A stretch of DNA of 64,000 nt from Octopus vulgaris (GCA_951406725.2 OX597821.1:84258001-84322000), one strand, 5' to 3'; counted from the first letter of the stretch, positions 36,248 through 50,160 are shown. The notes: a model not told the origin generated them from the sequence alone. Program-made: numbers and translations.

Positions 36248-39200
36248 TGTATATTATCCCAAGGTTGCAGCTTCAATTCCTGGAGCTGGTGGAAAGTTGT
36301 GTCCTTGAGCAAGGCACTTCATTCCATGTTGCTCCAGTCTACTCAGCCGAAAATTAATACTAGCTGAGTGCTGATGCAGTCCTCCTCTTCCTCTAGCAAT
36401 CACATCTTTGATGTTCCCCCCACCCCAGGGTCAAGGGTGGGAAGAGCAGAGATGGTGTCTGTGCCTGCTCATGACTGAAGAGGCACCTAAAAGAATTAGG
36501 TGAAAGTATGATGCATGATACTAAATCATACTTTCTCACAAGTGATCATCATCATCATCACCATCATCTAATGACCATGTTCCATGTTGGCATGGGTTGG
36601 ATGGCTCAACTAGATCTGATATGTCCAAGGACTACACCAAGCTCTTAATGTCTGCTTTGGAATGCCTTTTTACAGCTAGATGCCCTTCATAACACCAACC
36701 ACTTCACAGCATAAACTCTTTGGATGGCAATTGTTTTGTTTGTGTATGCGTGCGCTTATGATACTTTCTTCACAACCATGTGGCTTCACCTTATATTCCT
36801 CTGAGCTGCATCTTGGACAAATATTTCTTTTCTATAGACTCAGGCTGGACACTCAAAGTTTGGGTCAAACTAAGGCCATAATAATAAGATATGCCCAAGA
36901 TGCTACGCAATAAGATAGAATCTAGACTTCATGATAAAGCAACAAAATTCTTAACCGCACAGCCACGGCAAAGCACACACAGAATGATAGATGGAAACTA
37001 TACAGAAACCTGTCATATATAAACATAGATGAGTATGTGTGTCTCCCTTGTCTTTGCCTTGCTTGACCAACACCGACATTTGTTAATATTCAGTATAAAC
37101 AATATGTATTGCAGTTCAGTGGTTTGATGTGTAAAGACAAGTGGAATAAGAACAGGATGGAAGAGGAAAGGGAATCAGTCATAAAACCACTCTCTTTCTC
37201 TGTGTTATATATATATATATATGTAAAAGCAAACTTTAGGTTAATTAAAATATTTAAACTTTCAAAAGCAAATTAGCTGCAGTTACTGTGGAGAAAAAAT
37301 TCTAAAAGGTGTAAAAATACCATATCTGCCCAGTGCTGCCCCTTCTTCGATTTCCAGATGCATTTCTAGCTCCTTAGCTGTTATCAATGGGAAATATTGA
37401 AGAGAGGTAACTCAGGACAGACTAAATCAAAGCCATAGCTTTAACTGAAACAGTCAACAATGTTGACTGAGTTGCACCCTTAGACCATGTTAGGTCAGAA
37501 AAATTACAGTGTGTGTGTGTGTGTGTGTGTGTTGTGTGTGTGTGTGTGTTGTGTGTGTGTGTGTGTTGTGTGTGAATCATGTGATTGATCAGACAATTAA
37601 GTGTTGTCATACATAGCTGGTCAGTATGCACTTTGCATTGTTTTCACTTTTGAATGATGCCACTTGGCTGGTTAGGCAATCAGGCAAACGTTATCCCTGA
37701 TTGGAAGACTAGTTATCCATTTAGAGCTGAGTGAACTGGAGCAATGTGGAACAAGTAAAAGATAAACGGTGTGTGTGTGTGCATATGTATGTATCTATGT
37801 ATGACATATAACAAATACTTAGAACCATGTCCATTCTCCTATACCAAAACAGAAATTTATAGAGAACGCCTGTATTATGGTCTCCATAAGTAGAAAGATC
37901 ACAGAATACATATAGTGAAAGCAAATCTAGGAAGATAATTCATGAACCATTTATGCCATCTTACGTGTGTTTCTTCACAGAAACATACATAAAAAATAAT
38001 TTATGAATGAGTTCCTAGTTTTGATCATGATAGTTGTAAACAAGCATCACCTCCATACAAGTGATATTGTTTATCTATGATCTTCTATGCAAAGCATGTC
38101 AAGTTATGAGAAAATATAACCTTTATTTCAGATAGGTGAGGGTTGGCAACAGGAAAAGCAACCAGCTATAAAAAGCTCCTATCCAACCCATTCAAAATGG
38201 AAAAGAGGACTGTATAATGAAATATATATATATATATACACACACATACACACACATACTCATATAGGATAAAGAGCCTCTGCAGTCATCAATGATCATG
38301 GAATTGCACCTAGGAAGTTACCCTCCAAGGCACAAGTCCAGGCAAGGTTGTTATGGAAGACCAGCAGTCACCCATGCATACCAACTTCCCCTCCCCATGC
38401 TACCAATGTTATCCAAAGGAAAGGCAAAGGGGCTGATACAGCTTGGTACCAGTAACATTGCAACTCATTTCTACAGCTGAGTGAACTGGGGCAATGTGAA
38501 AAAGTTGCTCAAGAGCACAATACACAGACTGGTCCAGGAATCAAACTCACTACCTCATGATTCTGAGTCCAACACTAACTGCTGAGCCATGCGCCTTCAA
38601 TATACATACATATATATATACACACACACATGTGTATACATGCAGACAGTACACACAAATGTGTATCTGTAACAGTGTGTGCATGTTGGCATAGTTCAGT
38701 GGTTAAGAATTTTGATACATAATCCTGAGGCCTGGATTTGATCCAAATTAATGGTAGCTTGGACAAGAATCTAATCTGGTTCAACCCAAGCTTTTGTGAG
38801 TGAAATTGGCTGGAATCATGTAGGAGAGACTGCCCATGAAATTGAAAGGTTCAGCCAGGTCAACTTTTGACACACCAATTCTGCTTGAGGATTACATTAA
38901 GGGCTACATATGTCTGTGGAAAACTCAGTCATTTTTGCAATGACTTGTCGAGTAATGGTAATTCTGTTGATCAAACAGTTGGAATATTCATCATCATGAC
39001 CACCACCACCAAAGACTGATCCATTTGCTTCCTATGTGTATGGAAGTAATTAAAATTCAATGAAGACATCAAATATATAACAGCTGAGATGAAGAGAAAA
39101 ATTCTTTGTCGAAATTGTTTTGAGAGAAACGATGGCTTAGACATTTAATTGCACACACACACACAGAGAGGCAAAGACATACACAGATGCAAGGACAAAT

Positions 39201-39819
39201 ATGCACACACACACAAACATGCTATTATTAAAAGTAATTAGTAAAGTAATTGAGAAGCCATATTGATAAGACTAGAGCAACGATGTCTTCAACAGACAAC
39301 ATACATTCCATTAGTTTTTGTACAGAGGAATATGGAAGGAAAGGTCAAAATAATATATCGTTGAAAAACAGTTTTTCTGTGATTGCATAGACCAGCTTCA
39401 ACAAACATTCACATAAAAATACACACACAAACACACACAGGCACATTCGAACACAAACCATAAATGTATAAAGACAAACATTTAAAAACAGACCATAAAT
39501 ATAAATGCACACACACAAACACACACACACAGAGGCAAACACAAAATATCACACAAATTTGTGTGTCAATTGATATTACACCATCTTTACTTGAACACAT
39601 ATCGTTCATCCTTCCTCCAACATTTTGGTGGATATCCTCAAACTTGCCAACAACAGCTTAGCATACCATGGATCAGCCACTACAGATTTAATCCTCTTGG
39701 AAAGAGAGCGGGTGGTAAGAGATAAAGTATGTGTGGTGTGGAAGGGGTGCTATCTCCCTGAGAAATATTTGGAGAGAGAGAGAGAGAGATAAAGAAAGAG
39801 AGAACAAGGAGATATGGAT

Positions 39820-40400
39820 AGAAGAGAGAGTAAGGAGAGGAGAGAAGAGAGTGTAAGGAGAGGAGAGAAGAGAGAGTAAGGAGAGGAGAGAGAGTAAGGA
39901 GAGGAGAGAGTGTAAGGAGAAGAGAGAAGAGAGTGTAAGGAGAGGAGAGAAGAGAGTGTAAGGAGAGGAGGAGAGAGTAAGGAGAGGAGAGAGTGTAAGG
40001 AGAAGAGAGAAGAGAGTGTAAGGAGAAGAGAGAAGAGAGTGTAAGGAGAGGAGAGAAGAGAGTGTAAGGAGAGGAGAGAAGAGAGAGTAAGGAGAAGAGA
40101 GAGTGTAAGGAGAAGAGAGAAGAGTGTAAGGAGAAGAGAGAAGAGAGAGTAAGGGGAGGAGAGAAGAGAGAGTAAGGAGGAGAGAAGAGAGAGTAAGGAG
40201 GAGAGAAGAGAGAGTAAGGAGAGGAGAGAAGAGAGAGTAAGGAGAGGAGAGAAGAGAGAGTAAGGAGAGGAGAGAAGAGAGAGTAAGGAGAGGAGAGAAG
40301 AGAGAGTAAGGAGAGGAGAGAAGAGAGAGTAAGGAGAGGAGAGAAGAGAGAGTAAGGAGAGGAGAGAAGAGAGAGTAAGGAGAGGAGAGAAGAGAGTGTA
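39820..40400. repeat. Purine-rich 23-bp minisatellite (GTAAGGAGAGGAGAGAAGAGAGA)n
   Basis: Near-perfect units at 40200-40390 and degenerate units elsewhere; the ORF track shows a 23-aa periodicity. Confidence 0.9.
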
Positions 40401-40649
40401 CATTGTGTGGACATTGAGAATGTGGGAGAGAGAGAGAGTTGATGTGGTTAGCATCTTGTAGTGATATATATATAAGTTTGATACAAATGTGGCAGTTGAA
40501 TTATATACACTTGCATGTATTTACAATCCCTCAGACGAGGAGGAGTGGAGGGTAGGGAAGTTTAAGAACATCCACAGGCTGGAGATTGGTTGTCAGTTTG
40601 GTTAGGGAGTTTGTAGAGATGTACATAGAGAAGAACTGAATTATACACT

Positions 40650-40697
<48 letters not shown>

Positions 40698-40849
40698 ACA
40701 CAAACACATATATATATGTGGTGTTAGACAGACAGACTGTAGTGAGGTAGAGAAAAGTAGGAGAGCAAGAAATTGGGAAAATATTAAGGAAAAGAAGTAA
40801 TGAGAGAGAATGGTTACAAAAAGAGCACAAGAGTGAGCATGAAAGAGTG

Positions 40850-41325
40850 CATGAAGGAGTGAGGAGTGTAAGAGGAGGAAAGAGAGTAAGGAGAAGAGTG
40901 AGTAAGGAGAGGAGAGAAGAGTGTGTAAGGAGAGAGTAAGGAGAGGAGAGAAGAGAGAGTAAGGAGAGGAGAGAAGAGTGAGTAAGGAGAGGAGAGAAGA
41001 GTGAGTAAGGAGGAGAGAAGAGTGAGTAAGGAGAGGAGAGAAGAGTGAGTAAGGAGAGGAGAGAAGAGTGAGTAAGGAGAGGAGAGAAAAATAAGGAGAG
41101 GAGAGTGTGTAAGGAGAGGAGAGATTAAGGAGAGTAAGGAGAGGAGAGATTAAGGAGAGTAAGGAGAGGAGAGATTAAGGAGAGTGAGGAGAGGAGAGAT
41201 TAAGGAGAGGAGAGAAGAGAGAGTAAGGATAGGAGAGAAGAGAGAGTAAGGAGAGGAGAGAAGAGAGAGTAAAGAGAGGAGAGAAGAGAGTGTGAGGAGA
41301 GGAGACAGAGTGAGAGGAGAGAAAG
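40850..41325. repeat. Second array of the 23-bp purine minisatellite
   Basis: Unit GTAAGGAGAGGAGAGAAGAGTGA and variants. Confidence 0.85.
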
Positions 41326-41964
41326 AAGCATGAGAGAGTAGGAGGGCAGGAATGAGAGAGGGAGATAGAGAAGGTGGGCAAGAACTGAGGGCAGTGGGTA
41401 GAGAGAATGTGTTGCTGAAGGCAACAAACAAGTGCATAGGCAGGGTAGTGTATGGGGGGGAGCGTTTGTCTGGCAGAGTAAGCAAGCAATGGGGAGTAAG
41501 TCAAGTCAGAGAACTATAGGGAGTGGATCAGAAAGTAAGAAAAATAATAGGGAGTAACTAAGAAAGGGAATAAGAAGGCATGTGTACCCTAATCTAGACA
41601 TTCTATACTACAGATTTGAAAGGGTGGGAGGTTATAGACTAGTTGAGCCAAGAAGATGACACTAGATCAACACGTCACAATATGGGTGTGACCATTATCA
41701 AGGCTTAAAATTGAAGAGGGCTCAACCATTATCTCTCTCTCTCTCACTCTCCCCCCAAATGTTTTCCAACAAGATAGCACCCCCTCCAATGCTTCACAAT
41801 CACAAGAATTTATTTTCAGTTGCATCAGATTTATAAATTATGTGTCATTAAAAACTTAACTGAATAAACCTAATTACACATTAATTAGCACTAACGAAAC
41901 TGACCCAATCATCAATTATGTTTAATCCTTTTGATACCAACCCAAATGGAACCACCTCTGATTA

Positions 41965-42192
41965 CTCTCTTTTACTCTTTTACTTGTTTCAGTCATTTGA
42001 CTGCGGCCATGCTGGAGCACCACCTTTAGTCAGGCAAATCAACCCCAGGATTTAATCTTTGTAAGCCTAGTACTTATTCTATCAATCTCTATTGCCGAAC
42101 CACTAAGTTACAGGGACGTAAACACACCATCGGTTGTCAAGTGATGTTGGGGGGGACAAACACAGACACAAAAACATATACACACAGATACA

Positions 42193-42236
<44 letters not shown>

Positions 42237-42418
42237 CATACATACATACATACATATATACGATGGGCTTCTTTCAGTTTCCATCTACCAAATCCACTCA
42301 CAAGGCTTTGGTCGGCCTGAGGCTATAGTAGAAGACACTTGCCCAGGGTGCAACACAGTGGGAATGAACCCAGAACCATGTGGTTCATAAGCAAGCTACT
42401 TACCACACAGCCACTCCT
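41965..42418 (-). mobile_element. SINE family B inserted in a TTAA-type MITE fragment
   Basis: Colinear with the consensus; the flanks resemble the element at 59944-60167. Confidence 0.85.
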
Positions 42419-43011
42419 GATTCTATATTACAAACTTACTGCTTTAACCCTTTTGATGCCAGCCTACAACAGACTGCCCTTAGATCTTTGACAGAAAGTT
42501 CCTATTTTAAATTGATTTGAATTAAAACTGTCCATCAAAATTTCACAATTTGTTTCTTCAAAATTAATTCAAACAAAAGGAGTGTATTTCAACAAAAATA
42601 TGGTTACAAAAAGGTTGAAATATAAATTCTAATAAGATTTTATGTTAGTTTCTGTATTCTTAAAAGTTCATAGGGAGGGCCTCATTGTCTCTAAATCCCA
42701 ATAAGGACTGATATATACCCGTCAGTTTTTCCTCGAACACACACTGAATAAGGGTTCTACTTCAGAGCCAAACAATTTTAAAAGAGTATAGGAAAATTAA
42801 ACAAGAAGACTTCAACAGATTCATTCACGTCTAATCAACGTCCTTACTATGTAATTCACCACTCTAGACATATTAACCTATAGAAATTAACATTATGAGA
42901 ATCAACCGTCGTCTTTGGATTCTCAAGTCTTTAACTAACATGTTTACCATTACTTCCTCATCCACTGAGGTCAACTTTGCTTTTCATCCTTCTGGGATAA
43001 ACAAAAGAAAA

Positions 43012-43589
43012 CAGTGGTTCCCAAACTTTTTCAGGCTGCCGCCCCCATGACACTCAAGCCAAATTCCTAGCTACCCACCACCTCCAACATCACTCAGCCC
43101 CACAAACGTAGACCACTTTCTGCAGCAAATTCAAAACAGTATTTCACAAATAAAACTTAACATAATTAACCCATTATATTTTTTGGTGGTGGTGGTGGTT
43201 TACATACATTTGTGTATATGTGTCATGAAGGAGTGAACAAGAGAGTGAGGAGTGTAAGAGGAGGAAAGAGAGTAAGGAAAAGAGAGACGAGAGAGTAAGG
43301 AGAAGAGAGGCGAGAGAGTAAGGAGAAGAGAGGCGAGAGAGTAAGGAGAAGAGAGGCGAGAGAGTAAGGAGAAGAGAGGCGAGAGAGTAAGGAGAAGAGA
43401 GGCGAGAGAAGAGTGAGTGAGGAGAGAAGAGTGTGTAAGGAGAGGAGAGTGAGTAAGGAGAGGAGAGAAGAGTGAGTGAGGAGAGAAGAGTTTTGGCCAC
43501 CCTATTATTACCCTACTTTTCTTCAACGTCCCTCTTGATCTCTCCACTGCCCACAGAGGGGGTAATACTGCCCACGTTGGGAACCACTG
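43012..43589. mobile_element. hAT (Charlie-like) MITE containing a purine minisatellite and interrupting a SINE family A copy
   Basis: 13-bp TIRs CAGTGGTTCCCAA / TTGGGAACCACTG with degenerate 8-bp flanks (AAAGAAAA / AAATAAAG). The SINE body continues on both sides. Confidence 0.8.
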
Positions 43590-43859
43590 AAATAAAGTAC
43601 CATCTAAGTACTGAATAAAGTACCATCTAAGTACTGAATAAATTTGACTAACCTCCTTCTGCTAAAATTGCTGACCTTGTAACAAAAATATGAAACATTG
43701 CAATTATTATTAAGTTCCAAATTCCAATTTTAGTCCATTGTATTACTGGTAGATAATTTCATTGTTTTAAGAGACATAAAATTTAAAGCAGGGGCCATTG
43801 GAACTCAACATAATTAGGACAAGTCACAAATTTGTAAGAAAAGTACAACTGATTGAAGC

Positions 43860-44432
43860 AAATATATATTTCTGGTATTTATTTTATCAAACCAGAAAAT
43901 TGCAAAGCAAAAGTTGACTCAAAGAATCTGAACTCAGATCACAGATAAACTGCAAAGTAAAAGTTGTCTGGCTGTCTCCAAATTTTGCTATCAATTAACT
44001 GACATGGATTATAATAATAAGAATCCTTTCTACTATAGGCACAAGGCCTGAAATTTGGGGGAGGGAGTAAGTTGATTATATTGATCCCAGTGTGTAACTG
44101 GTACTTATTCTATCACCCACCACCAAAAGAACAAAAGGCAAAGTTGACTTTGGCAGAATTTGAACTCAGAACACGAGGATACATGAAATACCACCAAGCA
44201 TTTTGCCCAGCATGCAAATGATTCAGCAAGCTCGCTGCATTAACTGATGATAATAATAATAATGGTTTCAAATTTTGGCAGAAGGCCAGCAAGTTCAAGG
44301 AATGGGGCAAGTTGATTACCTCAACCCCAGTACTCAAATGGTACTTATTTATCAACCGTGAAGGGATGAAAGGCAAAGTCTACTTTGGCTGAATTTGAAT
44401 TCAGAATGTAGATGGACAAAATGCTACTAAGC
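43860..44432 (-). mobile_element. Decayed SINE family A cluster
   Basis: Three bodies with CpG decay. Confidence 0.75.
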
Positions 44433-46245
44433 TATTAGTAGCACACAAAAACATGTATCATGTCTATTAAATAATATTTATCTCTCAACAGGCGGAGAAC
44501 TTTTTTGTTGAATTACACACACACAACAAGCTACTTTCAGGTTCTGCTTACCAAATCCACTCAAAAGGTATTGGTTGGCCTGGAGCTATAGTAGAACTCA
44601 CTTGGCCAAAGTGCTACACAGTACTTGGCTAGTACTTTATTTTATCAACCCTCCCCACCAACCACCACCACCACCAAAAAGATGAAAGGCAAAGCTGACC
44701 TTGGCTGACTGGCCTTTATAATAATCATTTCTTACAATTGTACCAAGGCCATAATTTTGAACTGGCCTCAGTATATATAATTGACACTTATTTTATTGAC
44801 CCTTGAATGGGATTAAAGACTAAGCTGTCTAAGTGTCATTTGAACTCAGTGTACAGAACTAGTAATTTCTTGTCAATACCAAGGACTTATAAATGAGACA
44901 GTGACAAGAGATGAGAGACAATATGAGAAGAAACAGACACTATTGCAGGTGGTGGTAGAAGTGGGGCATTTGTAGAGTAAGGGAGTGATGTGGGTGTGGC
45001 ACATTTGAGGGTAGCTGCTCAGGGAAGAGGGGGAGAGTGTTTTGTTTGTAATAATAAAAATATAGAGAAGTCAAGATTGTTAAAGTGAGAGTGGTGGTGG
45101 TGGTGGTGGTGGTGAAGGTGAGGTAATAATACAATAGTGGAAGAACAGGTGAAGGGTGGAAGGGAGAGATAGAGATAGAAGGAGAAGAAACTAGAAAGAG
45201 AGAAGATAGGGAGAGAAGAGAGGAAGGGAAAAGGAGCAGGGATAGAGGAGAGGAATTGGGGGGGGGAAGATGGGAAGCAGAGGAATTGGGAAAGAGAGAA
45301 AGAAGAAACGTGTGAATTTCATTAAGTAAAGTGAAGTGGGGGAAAGAAGATTCTAAGTAATTGTCAAATTGAGGGAGGGGGAGAAAGAGAGACAAAGGGA
45401 AGAGAGAGGTGGAAAGAGGGGAGAGTAAGAAGGGGAGGAAGAGGGAGAGGAAGAGGGAGAGGAAAGGGAGTGAGGGAGATGGAGGTTTATATATGTGTGT
45501 GTATGTGCATCTACATATGCATGTGTGCATGCATGTGCGTATCCAACCCATGGACATTAAATGTTGACAATTATATATATATATAAGACTAAAACGAGAG
45601 ATGCAGAGATGCGAGGTGGAGTAAAATAGAACTGATGGGGGGGAGGGTGAAGAATGAGGAGAAGGAAAGGTAAAGAGAGGCAGGCTGAAAGAGACTGGAA
45701 TCACAGATTGGGGGGGAGGGGCCTGAAAAAGACAAATGATAGTATAATGAGAGTAGGACATGAATTATAAACAATTAATGGCTGATGGTGGGGGGGGGGG
45801 GCAGTGATTAGTCAGAAACTATTGTCCTTCCTTCAGAGAGTTAGGAGGAAGAGATAGTGAGAGCAGTTTATCATAGGTATGGAATATCTGACAGAGGGGG
45901 GGGGTAGGTGAAAAAAAAGCAGCAAAAGGTGTTAAACACAAACCCCCCAGACTCTAAGGACTTAGTTGTGGTTGTTGTTTAACCCCAGGTCAACGTTGAT
46001 CCAGGTGCTAACTCCCCCCGCCCCCGGCTCTCTCTCTCTCACAAATATATCATTTAATGTACACAGTAGCTTCAGGCTTGAAGATTGCTTGAAGACACAA
46101 GGCATGTTAGAAAAACCTGTCTGGCCACATGTCTTCACAGCAAGAAACTTTTAGTAGGTCTTATTTTAATACAATGTACATTAAATGATATTTATCTCTC
46201 AATGGATGGAGTACTTCTTTTTACTGATCTGAGAACAGAACAGTA

Positions 46246-46304
<59 letters not shown>

Positions 46305-46429
46305 GTGTGTGTGTGTGTGTGTGTGTATATAGTTAATCCAAACAAGAAAGCACAAAAAAAAACAACAACGCGAGGACGTGGAACAAATATAGTATTATTG
46401 GACGCTCTGGAAAGAAGGGAAGAAGGAGG

Positions 46430-46464
46430 GTTTGACGTTTCGAGCGGAGCTCTTCGTCGGAAAC
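46430..46464 (-). ncRNA. Hammerhead-like motif (U4C core variant) in short element 46331-46503
   Basis: Minus strand reads gttt-CCGACGA-A-GAGC-TCC-GCTC-GAAA-CG-TC-aaac, with a GUC cleavage triplet; flanked by (TA)n/(TG)n. Confidence 0.65.
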
Positions 46465-47604
46465 ATAGGAGAAGGAAAGATCCCGAGAAGGGAAGACAGG
46501 GGAATATATATATATATATAGGCGTGGCTATGAGGTAAGAAGCTTGTTTACCAACCACAAGGTTCCAGCCAGATTCAGTCCTACTGTGTGGGACTTTGGG
46601 CAAGTGCCTTCTACCAATGAGTGGATTTTGGAGATAGAAACTGAAAGAAGTCTGTTATATATGTATGTATGTGTACGTGTTATTCTCTCCTTGTCTTAAT
46701 ATTGCATAATAGTTGTAAACGAGTGTCATGCAAGATGCAAGTGATATCTTTTGTTTCCAATCTTCAGTGGATAACAGACAAGGGTTGGCAACAGGAAGAG
46801 CGTCCAGTTGTAGAAAATCTTCCTCTCAACAAATTCTATCTGGCTCAGGCAAGTATGGAGAAGTAGATATTAAAACAATGATGATGATGATGATAAATAA
46901 GAGGTGCCTTCTATGCAGTCATAGAGTGTATGTAGACTAGACTACATTATTCAGTGAGTCTTTTCCTTATTAAGATAACAGTACATAATCAGAGAAAGGT
47001 TTGGCAGCTATTTCTAGCAGGTCATTGGGTGACCACAAACAGTTGTGCCCCAGTCCATGGGAACCTAATAATCTCCATCACCTCCAGCATGTTAGTTACA
47101 GCAATAGGATAAATTAACAAGAGTTCAATGGAAGGATGGGGGCTATTTTTATCTGAAAGTTCGGACTGGGAAATCTGCCAAGGAGAAGATTACTAGGGAT
47201 TTCACTAGACAACAAAGGTCACTCAGTGACCCCGTTTATTAGAGATTCTGTGACCAGCTTGGGAAACTTATTGATATTGTGTTGTAGATGTAGACAGAGT
47301 TACTGAACATATCCTGTCATATAGGGGATGAGTGATGAGTTCAAGAAGGGGTGGGAGTGGGGGGAAATGGTAAGTAAAGAAAGAGAGGGGGTAGGTGGGT
47401 GAAGAGAATAATGATGGGTGAGTGGAAAAGGGGCAAGAATGTGAATGGAGAGAGGACAAGAGTAAAGAGAGAGTGAGTAGAGTGAGAGAGTGAGTGAGTA
47501 AAGTGAGAGAGTGAGTGAGTAAAGAGAGTGAGTGAGTGAGTAAAGAGAGTGAGTGAGTGAGTAAAGAGAGTGAGTGAGTGAATAAAGTGAGAGTGAGTGA
47601 GTAA

Positions 47605-47850
47605 AGAGGGAGAGCGAGGAAAGAGGGAGAGCTAGGAAAGAGGGAGAGCTAGGAAAGAGGGAGAGCGAGGAAAGAGGGAGAGCGAGGAAAGAGGGAGAGC
47701 GAGGAAAGAGGGAGAGCGAGGAAAGAGGGAGAGCGAGGAAAGAGGGAGAGCGAGGAAAGAGGGAGAGCGAGGAAAGAGGGAGAGCGAGGGAAGAGGGAGA
47801 GCGAGGAAAGAGGGAGAGCGAGGAAAGAGGGAGAGCGAGGAAAGAGGGAG
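47605..47850. repeat. Purine-rich 17-bp minisatellite (AGCGAGGAAAGAGGGAG)n
   Basis: About 14 near-identical units. Confidence 0.92.
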
Positions 47851-48656
47851 AGTGAGTAAAGAGGGAGAGAGAGAGTGGAGAGAGGGAGAGGAGAGAAGGA
47901 GAGTGAGTAAAGAGAGAGAGACTGAGTAAAGAAAGAGGGAGTGAGTGAGTATATAGAGTGAAATGAAAGTAAAGAGAAAATAAAACAGAAGAGAAGGGAA
48001 TACAAGAGAGAGAGAGGAGATGATGATGATGATGATGATGGGTAGTAAATAAACAGGAAACTTGTTTGTGTTGTTGGTGTTGATATTTTATAGGCCCAGG
48101 ATTGAAATGAAACCTTTTCAAACATGTGAGGGGAACATTTAAAGCCCTTTTATTAAGTAAGAAGATAAATAAGGCTATCAAAACTATCCCTGACATCAGT
48201 TGCTAAACTATTCACTTATCCCATACACCTTGCTTCTAACCACACCCAACAAAACTGGAAAAGACACCCATCATGTTTAGGGAGAGGAGGGTTATCAAGC
48301 AGGTGGCCCTTTTGTGACAGAGATACAGTAAAAAAAGGGAGTGTGTGTGTGTCTGCTTGTGTGTATGTGTTTGTGCACGCAAGCACAATCCAAGATAACA
48401 GAGGTGTATTATGAAAGATGAAAATTGCACATTGTATGGGGTTAGCAGCTGGTTGTCGCTGAAAGATTTGCCTCTTGCAATTAATATGTCCTCACCCTGG
48501 TCACACAAGACAAATTACTTGGGGGTCCCAAACCCTTGCAAATGAGCCAACAGGGAAACCTGTCTTTATGCAATTGCTTGAGTTGGTAGAAATAGCACTC
48601 AAATCTCAAATCATACACATTAACAAAGAAAAAAAAACAAAAAAAAAAAAACAAGG

Positions 48657-48817
48657 TGGCTGTGTGGTAAGAAGCTTGCCTACCAACCACATGGTTCCGG
48701 GTTCAGTCCCACTACATGGCACCTTGGGCAAGTGTCTTCTACTATAGCTTCGGGCCAACCAAAGCCTTGTGAGTGGATTTGGTAGACGGAAACTGAAAGA
48801 AGCCCGTCGTATATATG

Positions 48818-48867
<50 letters not shown>

Positions 48868-48995
48868 TGTGTGTGTGTGTGTACGTGTATGTTTGTGTGT
48901 GTGTCTGTCCCCCTAGCATTGACAACCGATGCTGGTGTATTTATGTCCCCGTCACTTAGAGGTTCGGCAAAAAGAGTAAAAAAGTAAAAGAGAGT
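48657..48995 (+). mobile_element. SINE family B with shortened tail
   Basis: Head and microsatellite are intact; the tail jumps from GGCAAAAAGAG to the terminal AGTAAAAG repeats. Confidence 0.85.
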
Positions 48996-49182
48996 ATATA
49001 ATGGCCAATGTAGTCCTAGATAGGCAAGAGACAGAATGGTTACAACTTAACCAAACATGCCACAGACTGAAGTCAAACTTAACCATTTCTGTTGCACTCT
49101 AACATGCATCATCTCTCTCTCTCTCTCTCTCTCTCATCTTTTACTTGTTTGTCAAACAAACTGACTGCATTACTCTCTCTCA

Positions 49183-49365
49183 TTTACTTGTTTCAGTCAT
49201 TTGACTGCGGCCATGCTGGAGCACCGCCTTTAGTCGAGCAAATCGACCCCAGGACTTATTCTTTCTAATCCTAGTACTTATTCTATTGGTCTCTTTTGCT
49301 GAACTGCTAAGTTACGGGGACGTAAACATAGCAGCATCGATTGTCAAGCAATGTTAGGGGGACAA

Positions 49366-49400
<35 letters not shown>

Positions 49401-49577
49401 CATATATATATATATATATGGCTTCTTTCAGTTTCCATCTACCAAATCCACTCACAAGGCTTTGGTCAACCTGAGGCTATAGTAGAAGACACTTGCCCAA
49501 GGTGCCACGCAGTGGGACTGAACCCGGAACCATGTGGTTTGTAAGCAAGCTACATACGACGCAGCCACTCCTGCGCC
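49183..49577 (-). mobile_element. SINE family B
   Basis: Colinear with the consensus and inverted relative to the 48657 copy. Confidence 0.88.
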
Positions 49578-49754
49578 TTGCTCATTATTTTTGATGTCTA
49601 ATACTAATTCTGTTCATCCCTTTTGCCAAACTGCTAAGTCATGGAGACATAAACAAGCAAGCACCAGTTCTCGAGCAGTGAGACAGGACAAACACAAAGA
49701 TGCATGTGAACGCACACACACACACGACAGGCTTTCACATAGTTTCTTATGTCT

Positions 49755-50160
49755 TTATTGCCCACAAGGGGCTAAACATAGAGGGGACAAACAAGGACAG
49801 ACAAAGGGATTAAGTTGATTACATCGACCTCAGTACACAACTGGTACTTAATTTACTGACCCCAAAAGGATGAAAGGCAAAGTCGACCTCAGTAGAATTT
49901 GAACTCAGAACATAACGACAGACGAAATACCTATTTCTTTGCTACCCACAAGGGGCTAAACACAGAGAGGACAAACAAGGACAGACAAATGGATCAAGTC
50001 AATTACATCGACCCCAGTGCATAACTGGTACTTAATTTATCGACCCTGAAAGGATGAAAGGCAAAGTCGAAATCGGCGGAATTTGAACTCAGAACGTAAC
50101 GGCAGACGAAATACCATTAAGCATTTTATCCAGTGTGCTAACGTTTCTGCCAGCTTTCCA
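49755..50160 (-). mobile_element. Dimeric SINE family A (tail type 2)
   Basis: Two bodies joined at AAAGAAATA|GGTATTTCG on the minus strand (about 49921-49945). Confidence 0.85.

Noticed and set aside
39580-39758. Unique sequence with a minus-strand acceptor as a possible exon
   Set aside because: All three frames hit stops after the best acceptor.
39680-40454. Leu/Ser-rich ORFs with LRR-like periodicity (also 47300-48196)
   Set aside because: The periodicity equals the 23-bp and 17-bp DNA units and appears in all frames; these are not LRR proteins.
44940-45761. 273-aa minus-strand ORF
   Set aside because: It is a low-complexity purine/pyrimidine tract lacking stops by composition.
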